Shown here: positions 50,779 to 61,192 of the stretch, piece after piece
How positions within the stretch are numbered: the first letter of the stretch is position 1
Layout of the letters: each line of letters begins with the position of its first letter
Assembly: GCA_030704615.1 (NCBI GenBank)
Contig: CM060733.1
Location: 36,146,001 to 36,210,000, forward strand
Direction of reading: 5' to 3'
DNA: 64,000 nucleotides
Source: Takakia lepidozioides
Taxonomy: Eukaryota > Plantae > Bryophyta
Notes under the pieces: model-generated
Databases searched by the model: none
What the model was told of the DNA's origin: nothing
The model's input: only the letters and a program-made list of their open reading frames with translations
Program-made: the position numbers and the translations under genes

Positions 50779-53700
50779 CTACTTGTGTTTTTCTGTGTTT
50801 TGAGAGCTTAGCAAACAAGCACTATGGCTTCCAGTTCTGAGCGTGGTTGGTTTGAACTTGATCAATGCGAGGTCCCGCGCTTGAAGCAGACTCTGGCGTT
50901 GGAATCTCGATACATTTGCGAGCTTGCGCGCAATCTGTTGCCTGAGCAGTTGGTTTTTGTTGATTACCCGGAGGGAGAACCTCTTCCGCGCCCCAAGCTC
51001 CCGCTGGACACGCCCTCAGAGTTCTGGGCCAAAACCTTTGAGGAAATTGCGCGCAAGGAAACCTGCAAACCCATACGTACCAAAGCGGAGCAGAGGGGGC
51101 AGAACAGGCGCATTCGCGAATCTCTTCAGGGAGCCTATGCTGCATGTTTGATCCTCAAACTTCATTCCAGGGAAGTCATTCTACAAATCCCCCTTGCTAG
51201 TGCCAAGGAGCAGTCTTACACAGCCCGACACAGCCTTACACAGTCTGTCACAATTAATCATAGCCTATCACAGTTAGTCACAGTCTATCACAGCCCAACA
51301 CAGCTTCGCACAGCCAATCACAACCCGACACAGCTTTACACAGCTAGTCACAGCCGACACAATCCGACACAGCCAGTCACAGCTCGGCACAGTCACATCC
51401 CAATACAGCTTGGCACAGCCCGTCACAGCGTACATAGGGAACGGTTATCATTGGCAGAGAACGACTGTGTGGGAACGACATCTGCAGAGGGAACGTACTT
51501 ATTTCTTGGGTGACAGTTAGTTAGTTAGGCGGTTAGAACAGCTTGCAGATAAATTAAGCAGAGCAGCGACATGGAACACACTTCACGGATAACACTTCTG
51601 GAGATGAGGACTTAGCCATCGGGAAGGAGAGCACGATCTGGAACGGAGAGATGGAGGAGTCACGAACTGATGATGCTTGATTCATGCTAGCTGTAGTGAT
51701 ATACCGTAGAACAGGCTAGGGACACCATGGCTTCGGCTTGATACATGATAAATCTTAATCAGATACTTCTTCGATACAATCACACTGTGTAGAGAGACTT
51801 GAGTGAAGCTGTGGAATGAATGGATGAGTGAATGGAACCTGATAGATACTGAAGCAATCTGATGCTTAAGTATACACAGTAAGGTAATTTACTAACATGA
51901 AGGCAAGAAGAAATACAAACAGGAAGCACAACCATGATACACTAGCTGTAGGTCATGACTGATTGTTCTGAGCGGGCTGAGTGCTTAGAGATATCCATCT
52001 CTTCTATCTTGGAGTTCCCACCTCGGATAGCGAAGGGATGGGTGAGTAAAAGCCACTCGACATTTGGCAACCATACTGGGGACCTGGGTCAAGAACAACC
52101 AGATGTGACAGGCATCTGGTGGGATCATGGTGGTTGGAGAATTAAAGAATTTGATGTGAATCAAATTCCTTGTGGAACTGAGAAAGAAAGATTGTCTAAG
52201 CAATTCTTTCAGAGATTCTCAAGTTGAATTGTCAGACGGTTGCAGAGAAAACATTCTTAAGAGAGTGCATGATGTTGATCCTGAGTGGGGTCTAGAGAAA
52301 GGAGTGATAAAGATTTATTAAGTGGCCTGTAGAGGGAGAGCAAGTTGGTTACCAACACTGGTTTATGTGACAGCGTTGTTATCCATTAAACGAGTGGAGT
52401 TTGAAGGCTGGGAGGAACGGAAAGTGAATGTTTACACTCATATGCATAAAGAATTGGTACTGGAAAAGAATTGGATTCCTAAGGATATCATGTGGATCAA
52501 ACTTACACCAAGAACAGCTTTCCAAACGTGCTTGCCATATGGTTATATGGTAACGAAGACTTCTAGTATAGCCAAGGGTGCATTGAAGCTTGAAAGAAAT
52601 CCAGGCATATACGAGAGATACTACAGGAGAGAGTTTTGGTTATTGCCTCATTGAAAATATGAAAGACATGGGACATGAGTAATGAAAGAGAAGCTAGACT
52701 TCACAGATATTCAGCAAAAAGGGAAAGTTATTTGAAAGCTAATTATCCATATCTTTGGGAGAGAGGAATAGACATAGGGGAATCATTTGGACCTCTCACA
52801 CCATTAAGATCGGAGAGTACATCACCCATACCGAAGGAACCAGAGTTGGATGCCACTCCATCTTATTCTTTACAAAAAAGATTGAGGGATTTGATAGAGG
52901 AAGAAGATCAACCACGAGGGAGAGATCTGAGGTACATCCCTGGATTAAAGATTTGACAAAAATCTTTTATCAGAGTTGGCATGGGACACCAAAAGCAGGA
53001 ACTCCAGTTTCTGAAACACAAGACAAGGAAGGAGAGGAGGATGTGGCAGAGCCAACAAAGAGTTCAGACTCTCCAACACCACTCCAGTTGAGTTATATGA
53101 GTGAGGAAGAAGAAAACCAAGAGAAGAACTTGGAAGATGAAAACAGAGGGAAGAATTTGGAAGATGAAGAGTATGAAGAAGTAGACCCAACAGTTGAGGT
53201 TGAGACTACAACCAGGACATCCCAACCTGTTGGACCTGGATCAAGTGGAGCACTTGGATCACAGGCCAACGAAGGTGTCGGCTCAAGGGGATCAGGCGGG
53301 CAGCTTGGATCTGGCTCTGGGGGGACAGAGAGTGTGGGAAGTAGTGCAACTGTAGCTGGGGTTACTGTAAGTGCAGAGGGCCCAGTAGCAGGGAGTACTC
53401 AGGGGCTAGCACCAGGTGGGAGTTCCACCACTACAACAACAGGTCCACAAGGACCAACACCAACAGGAGGACCAGCACCTGTCAGAGGGCAGGGTGTAAG
53501 GCCACAAATGGCGGTACCTCCAACACGGGCAAAACCACCTTTTCCAATATATGCAGGAAAAGGGGATCTTGATGTACACATCAGCCAATTTGAGCACATG
53601 TGTATTGTGAACAATGAGAATGGCGATGATGCCAAGATGAGACTGTTCCTTGTTCACTTATTAAGAAAGCAAGTGAATGGTATGCAAGATTTCCTGATAA

Positions 53701-56700
53701 TCATTTCCTAACCTAGAATGGCCTAAGTACGGCATTCCGAAACAGGTTCAGGACAAGCAAAACTGAGGATGAAGTGTATGGAAGTTTACAACAATTAAGG
53801 CAAAAGAAGCATGAAACTGTTGAAGAGTACATGGAAAAGATGGAATTGATGATGAAAAAGTTGGCTGCTGTGCCAACACCAAGGTTACAGAAGACCTGGT
53901 TTGTGAGTGGATTAAGACCTAAATTACAAAAGAAAGTGGATATGCTACCCCATAATACAGTGGAGGAGGCATTTGAAATAGCCAACAGAATTGAGCAATT
54001 GGGAATGCTCAGGAGAGAGAAAAGGGATGATGAGGACTCTGAAGATGAGTCAGATGAGGAAGAAGAGCAAGAGCTCAAGAGGAAGGGTAAGAAGAAGGAA
54101 AAGTTGAAGAGGGAAAACTATGAGAAAAGACTGGAGGAGATTTTGAAGAAGTATGCCATAGAGGCTGCAACACATTGGAGGAAGGGTGTATGGTGTGCAA
54201 AATGCCAGAATGAAGGCCATACCACAGCTGAATGCCACATGAAGGAGAAACATTGTACTATCTATAAAATGGATAACCATTCTACTGAGAATTGTTATTA
54301 CAACATAGGACAACTGCAAGAGAACCTAGGCAAGTAAGGGTGCATCAAGTGCAGCCCCAGCCAAGAAGAAACAGTGATCAGGACCACTATGGAAGGCCTG
54401 GTGGTTATAACAATGGTATGGCAGGGAGAGGTAATCCAAGAGGGAATTACCAAGGCAATTCCAGGGGCAACTATCAGGGTAATCCAAGGGGGAATCACCA
54501 GCCAGGGAATCAGGATTATAGAAACAATCCCAGAGCAGACCAAGGGCGAGGACCTAATGGGGAAGAACTGTGTTACTATTGTAACCAGGCAGGACATCGC
54601 AAGGCAGCCTGTCCATTCTGGATCAGACACTAGAATGAGATGAGAGCTCTTGTGAATGAGGGGCCAGTGGTGGCAGCTCACATGGTTTGGCCATGTTATG
54701 TACCAGAAGTGAGTACAATGATAGTGATCAGAAGCAAAGCTAAACTAATACCTCCAGTGGATGAGGAAGAATATGATAATGAAGATGGCAGTGATGTGCC
54801 TGAAGATGATGAGGATTGGAGAGATGAGAAGGAACTACACAGGGAAGTGGTTGACACCATAAGGGAAATGCAGAAGAATACTGATATCCCTATGGCAGAT
54901 TCTTCTAACTCTAATAGAGAAGATGGAGATGGTGAAGATGAAGTGAAGAAAGAAGCTGCACAAGTGGAGCAGGAGGCTACCATGTTTGCTGCACACCTAA
55001 AGTGGGAGCAGGTTGCAGAAATGCAACTGGGAGGTCTGAGTTGTTTTAAAGGTATCTGTTGTGGTGCAGTAACAACAACACCATTTGAGGGTGAAACAAG
55101 TAATTACCCACCATATTTCTATGAGGAGAGAGATGGAGAAATGGAAATCCTAGAAGAACCAGAAGGTTGGGGAAGAGATCAAGAAGCTGGCTGAGGCTAA
55201 GTTCATATACCCAATAGAGTATACAACTTGGTTGTCACCCATTGTGATAGTTCCCAAGAAGAATGGCAAACTGAGAGTTTGTGTGAACTATAAGAAGTTG
55301 AATGCTTGTACAAAGAAAGATCCATTTCCTTTGCCATTCACAGAAGCTATACTAGACACTGTGGCAGGCCATGAGATGTACTCATTCATGGATGGCTTCA
55401 GTGGATATAACCAAGTGCAAGTGGCGGAAGAAGACCAAGGAAATACAGCTTTCATCACAGACTGGGGTGCTTATGCATACAAAGTCATGTCTTTGGACTC
55501 TGTAATGCACCAGCAACTTTCCAGAGGGTGATAAGTGAATCTTTTCACGAGTATCTGGATGATTTCATGCAAGTGTTCTTAGATGACTTCACTGTGTACA
55601 GCTCTAAGAATGAGCACTTGCAGAAGTTGGAATTATGTTCGGACAAATGCAGGATGAGAGGTCTTGGTCTGAATCCAGAAAAGTGTACTTTATGTGTGAA
55701 TTCAGGGGTACTTCTGGGACGCATTGTGTGTAAGAAGGGACTGCTTGTGGATCCTAGAAAGACTGAGGCCATTAAAGCATCCCCACCACCAGTAAATGTT
55801 AAGGCTCTAAAGAGATTCCTTGGACAAACCAACTACTACAAAAGGTTTGTCAGGCGGTATGCACAGATGGCAGCACCATTGAGCAAGCTTTTGAAGAAGG
55901 ATGCAGTGTTTGCATGGAGAGCTGAATGCCAATAGGCATTTGAGGCACTTACAATGTCAGTAACAACTACACCTGTGTTGATTAACCCTCACTGGCATGT
56001 GGTATTTCATGTACATTGTGATACCTCAGGAGAAGCATTGGGAGCTGTGTTAGCCCAAAATATCACAGGAACCATAGATTCACCTATGTACTATGCTAGC
56101 AAGTTGTTGAACAGTGCTGAAACGAACTATAGCACCACTGAAAGAGAAGCATTGGCAATGATTTATGCAGTCAAGAAATTCAGACATTACCTATTGGGAA
56201 GGAAGTTTATGTTTTATGTGGATTATCAGGCTTTGATTTATCTGGTGAACAAGCCTTTGATAAGTGGCAGGATAACAAGACGGTTAATAATCTTGCACGA
56301 GTTTGAATTTGAAGTTGTTTACAAGCCTGGCCGTTTGCATCTTGTGGCAGATCACTTGTCATGCCTATCAACAGGAGAGCCCGCCACGGGAGTAGACGAC
56401 CAACTACCTGATGCGAGTCTATTTGCAATAGAGGTGCAAGGAAGTGCAGATGATTGGTTAGATTGGCAGTGGCCAATTAGATACTACCTTACTCATGGTC
56501 AGTGCCCACCCAGTTATGGGAAGGAACAGAGGAAGAGAATAGCTATCAAGGCTTTACCCTACACTATGATAGGTGGCAGATTGTATAATTTAGGACCTGA
56601 TGGAGTTCTTAAACGATGCTTGTACCACCATGAAGTAAATAAAGTTTTGGAAGAAGTTCATAAAGGAGTGGTTGGAGGTCATTTTGGAGAGGAGACTACC

Positions 56701-57234
56701 AGCAGAAAAATACTACTTGCAGGTTACTGGTGGCCTACTCTGTTCAAAGATGTGCACAAGTATTGCAAAAGCAGGACCTTTGCAAAGATCTGGAAAGATG
56801 GTTTTGCATCCGACGATGCCTACTGAACCATTTCAGAAATGGGGACTAGACTTTGTTGGACCAATAAACCCACCAGCCAGAAATACACAGAACAAGTATA
56901 TAATCACAGCCACTGATTATACTACAAAGTGGGTGGAAGCTAAGGCACTAAGGGACAACACAGCTAAGTCTACAGCAAGGTTCCTGTATGAGAACATACT
57001 TACAAGATTTGGCTGTCCCCTGGAATTTATCAGTGACCAGGGAAGTCACTTCATTAATGAGACCATAGAATTATTGACTAAAGAGTTCATGATTGTGCAC
57101 AAGAATAGTACAACCTATTACCCATAGGGTACTGGGCAGGCAGAGGCCACCAACAAAATACTATGCACTATTTTGGCTAAGATAGTCAATGCAAACAGAA
57201 CGGATTGGGATACAAAGCTGCTGACAGCTTTGTA
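50226..57234 (+). mobile_element. Decayed, 3'-truncated Ty3/gypsy LTR retrotransposon
   Basis: Gag (~53500-54630, with CCHC knuckles), RT (SPIVIVPKKNGKLRVCV, DGFSGYNQ, FLDDF), RNase H (DTSGEALGAVL, NYSTTEREALA), integrase (H..GGHF, WGLDFVGP, SDQGSHF), in gypsy order. Many stops and frameshifts. The left boundary and a putative LTR (TGTC 50226 .. GACA 50636) are tentative. Confidence 0.85.
51215..51430. repeat. About 10-bp period CACAGC-type minisatellite in the retroelement 5' region
   Basis: ACAGCCCGAC ACAGCCTTAC ACAGTCTGTC .. ACAGCTTGGC, about 20 units. Confidence 0.85.
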
Positions 57235-59068
57235 GTGTGAATATGGGGGGAGTGGCATTGAAATTTTTGTTTTTACTCACTGAGATTCTGCAAAGGAAGG
57301 GCCCTGGTACCAATGTGAAAATAGGTTGAGTTGTCCCTGCAATTTATTCCATACATGTTTCTAGGTTACATCATGGGAACGATGGGGAACTCTTGGCCAG
57401 GATGAAAATGGCTAAGTCGTGACCAGGCGTATTTTCATCCGGAGGATGAATGGATTACATCCATGCTTACTGGATGACTCCCAGGAACGAGGATGAAGGA
57501 TCCAGTGCCAAGGATGCAATGAATTTGTGATTAACTCTGTTAATGAAACCTAGCACGTTTTCCGTTCGTGAAAATGAATGACTTTCATCGCTGGCGGTTA
57601 CCCTAGAAACGCGGGACGAGAAAGACGAAGGGGAAGATGACGGGGGCTTTGAGCAGATGCTGCGAACAGTGAAATCAGCAGGGCATTGTGTCAAGGGCGA
57701 TTGCATCTACGGTGGGGCATTCTGGCTTGCATTAAGGGAAGTGTTAATGTAGAGGATAAGGGCACAATTTGGTAATCTGTGCAGCAGGGGAAGGGGTGCC
57801 GTCTTTGGTCTGTTTCATTCATGATCTCGTGATGCTGGAGGATAAGCTCACTAAGGAGTGCAGCTTGGTAAGGTGTGCGATGCCAGCAGGGAATGGTGCA
57901 TATCTATGTACTGGCTGGCAACGGGAGACGGATCATCCAAGAAAGGGGCTCTGGATTTTGAAGGTATCTGGCCATCCTGGAATTAATATTAGGAAAAGGG
58001 GTCGATTCACGGATAAGGAAGTAGGATGTGGCCATTAGGAAGGAAGGGTTGCTGCCATCTAGGCTAGAAAGGATATTTGCAAGGGTGAATTCCTCACTTG
58101 GGGATCTGGTCTGCCGAGACAGGGCGGAGAAGGAAATCTGGCGTATGCGATTAGTTCTGGGAAGAGCCACTACAGGCAATAACGTTAAAACAGTTAAGTG
58201 TTACTCTACCTAGGGCCATGGTGCCAATGAAGTACCTCTGAATTCATGAAGGCTGGATGACAAATAAGGAATTGTTGGTGGGGGGCGGTGAAGGTTTCAC
58301 ACACCCTGCATTGAACGATCTATCTTAAGGGAGCGGCAGCACATGCGGTGGCATCCTGCGCATGAGATATCTGACAGATTGACTCTCAACTGGTATTGGC
58401 ATGAATTTTGGTCTGGTACTTTCCCTACCTTAGAACTGCCCATCTTATCTTGCGTCTACCTTAGTTTGTTTCCTGACCAAGGGACTGAGCTGCGCCTTAC
58501 AGTCTGCTTGCCTCCTCATAGGCAGCCAACTGAAAATGAAGTCAGGATTACAAAAGGAAGAGAACGGGGGCTGCCACTTTCTTTTCGCCTGCACTAACCT
58601 GCTGTGGGGGCTGCTATTTCATGAGCCATGAGCCATGAGCGGCATGAGCCATAAGCAGAGTCGTAAGTGTGGAAAAAAACATGAGCAGCACTATTTTCCG
58701 GAAATGAGTGTCCGCGGGAATAGGGTTTAGGGTGCCACGGTCATAGGGGGAGAAGGACCTCCCGATGAAGGAGGTTCGGCAATGTTATTTAGAATTATAT
58801 ATTGAAAGGCAATGTTTCGCGAATGGTAGGGTGGTACTGCTCTGTACAATGGGGGCCCATTTCAGCTTACCAGCCATTTGCAAAATCCACCCACACTCCC
58901 AATCCCAAACGAAATGAGCAATGACGCATTCGCGGAACGATGGACACAGAATATAATAAAAAGAGGGCACAATGAGGTTTTTATTGATCCACATGAATTG
59001 CATTTGAAGCACGTCTACTGTGCTGATTGTGCCATCAAATCTTGAGCCCTGTGCCTACTGAATACAAG

Positions 59069-59743
59069 TCACGTTGTCAATGGGACTTCGACTGCTCTCA
59101 GAACTAGCTCATGAGTCATGGGGCTCCTCCATGTAAAGTCGATTGCAGCCGTTGTACCGCCCCTAGTGATGTTCACCACAATGTCCTGCCCTTCAATCAT
59201 ACCACCATCGAATATGGAAATCTTCACGTTTTCGTCGTCCACACCAATGCGAATGTCCCCATACAATGGAGAAGAGGAGCGCACTCCTCGAGGAGAATAG
59301 GTCTCTCCGATGGAGTCCACCCACGTCCAGTGGCAGCAGTTCCACCGCAACAGCATAGCAGTGCGCCTTCTTCTGCATGGGTGACCGTCGTAGCTGGGAA
59401 AATCGGAATCGAGGATGCGCAGGAGCCACGGACTCCTCAGACCAAGATCGTCACCCCGCTCGAAGGCGTAGTGGCCTACGATATACTCAAAAGCCACCAA
59501 TGTTTCCACAATCGAACCAGTATCTTCTCTGTAATCTGTGTACCAGATAACAATGTCTCCCGATGTGGCCGAATACATTGCATAATCGATGCCTCCAAAG
59601 GGGCAGTCGTCCCGGTTCCGGAAGCACGGCATCCTTGCAAAGGAGGACCTGAGGACGACTTGGATGCCGATGACCTTGCGGACAGCTACGAAGCCCTTAG
59701 ATTTTGGAAAAGATACGAAGCGGAAGAGCAGTCCGGCCTCCAA
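59069..59743 (-). CDS. Uncharacterised ORF (probably TE cargo, 5' end disrupted)
   Basis: 224 open codons followed by AATAAA at ~58985. No recognised domain. An overlapping + strand ORF (59111-59845) is the alternative. Confidence 0.3.
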   Translation of the reverse strand: MEAGLLFRFVSFPKSKGFVAVRKVIGIQVVLRSSFARMPCFRNRDDCPFGGIDYAMYSATSGDIVIWYTDYREDTGSIVETLVAFEYIVGHYAFERGDDLGLRSPWLLRILDSDFPSYDGHPCRRRRTAMLLRWNCCHWTWVDSIGETYSPRGVRSSSPLYGDIRIGVDDENVKISIFDGGMIEGQDIVVNITRGGTTAAIDFTWRSPMTHELVLRAVEVPLTT

Positions 59744-59880
59744 AATGGAGCATCTGGGTCACACGTACCCACCGACGGAGGTGGAACGTGTTCATCACGC
59801 CAGCGGTGGATGAACCCATACATCTTTCTCATCAACAAGTTATAGTTTGAGATCTGCCACCGAAGTCCATCCCCCCGGAT

Positions 59881-61005
59881 GGAAATTCGGCGCCGCATTT
59901 ACATCGAAGAGGGGATGGACTTCGTCGTGTCCAGTGGCTATCGGCCCACCTGGCAGTGAGTGCCCATAGTTTGCATGGCAGGGTAGGAAACTGAAACGGC
60001 TACATTCATGCAGCAGCCAATCTTCATCGGTCCAGGATCCTGTACGGGGGAAATTTAAATGTGCCCTGGAGTGTGCCCTGGAATGTACCTCACTTCTGTA
60101 TGACTGTGTTTCATTGTGTTGAATAACTCTCGGATTTGGCCCACTGTTTACAATTTGATGTCTCATTTCTACAATGTGTCTGTCCGGTTGAATAAAGCAG
60201 AGTAACCGGTATGTGAGTCATGTGTCAAGAATATACCAGAGTAACGCCATGTCGGCATCGAAATGCGGCACCGCATTTCCATGTCGGATCGAAATGCGGC
60301 GCCGCATTTCCATGTCCGCATCGAAATGCGGCACGCATTTCCATGTCGGACATCGAAATGCGGCACCGCATTTCCATGTGGGACAAGAAAATGCGGTGCA
60401 TCATTTCCGTCCAGGTACACGAAATACCAACACGGGTCTATAAATTGATCAGAAAACGAGGTTGGCATTGCAAATGCGGCGACGCATTTCCAGCTTGGCA
60501 ATGGAAACTTCTTTTTGGACAAGGGAATGCGGTGCCGCATTTCCGTCCAACACTTCGAAAAGTGCACCTATTTCCGACCAGCGCGATGGAATGCGTTACC
60601 GCATTTCCGAGAGAGGGTCTGCAAATGGACAAATTGCGATGTCCGTTCTGGAAATGCGGCGCCGCATTTCCATGTCCGTCATCGACTTTTTTTTTACAAT
60701 GGAATGCGGTGCCAATTTTTGCTGATGGGCCTGCAGTTCGAACAACGACCATCCCCAATATGGAAATGCGGCACCGCATTTTCAATCCCGCCATGTCGGC
60801 CTCCTTGTTCGACCTCCTTGTTCGACCTCTGTAAGCGTGGTGGCATCCATGCAATGAGCGGGAGAGGCCAAAACTGGCGTGTGGACAAAGGAAATTTTGG
60901 AAATGCGGCACCGCATTCCCAATTCAGATTACTTTTTACTATGCCAACATTGAAATGGAAAAATTAGTCCCTCCCCTGTTTTGGAAATGCGGTGCCGCAT
61001 TTCCA
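59881..61005. repeat. Array of about 14 palindromic GAAATGCGG-NN-CCGCATTTC motifs
   Basis: Copies at ~59881, 60260, 60291, 60323, 60355, 60388, 60472, 60525, 60589, 60651, 60702, 60763, 60900 and 60984. The five copies at 60260-60388 have a 31-33 bp period. Confidence 0.92.
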
Positions 61006-61192
61006 AAAGAGGTTCTTAGAGTTGCCAAAATTTTGGAAATGCCCTGACCCATTTCTGATTTTGGGAGCGTCCTGGTTTGGGCGATTGTGTGGCTGGAATG
61101 CACACTGGAGAGGGGTCACGAATGTCGGGCAGAATTTTCTTTATATACTCTGGAAGAGAATTTACATTTACAGAGACTTCATTAAAATTCTA

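Noticed and set aside
57235-58600. Possible LINE or DIRS fragment after the truncated integrase
   Set aside because: No diagnostic RT, endonuclease or recombinase motif was readable.
58689-58732. CACTA pentamer, small hairpin and TAGGGTTTAGGG as an element end or telomeric seed
   Set aside because: Too short, and no matching partner terminus in the window.
60259-60410. CRISPR-like look of regularly spaced palindromes
   Set aside because: Spacers are about 11 nt and near-identical (CATGTC.G.ATC), there are no cas genes, and the context is eukaryotic.
60169-60967. Several ORFs with repeated MRHRIS / NAAPHF / CGAAF peptides
   Set aside because: Translation artefacts of the palindrome array, which is open in most frames.
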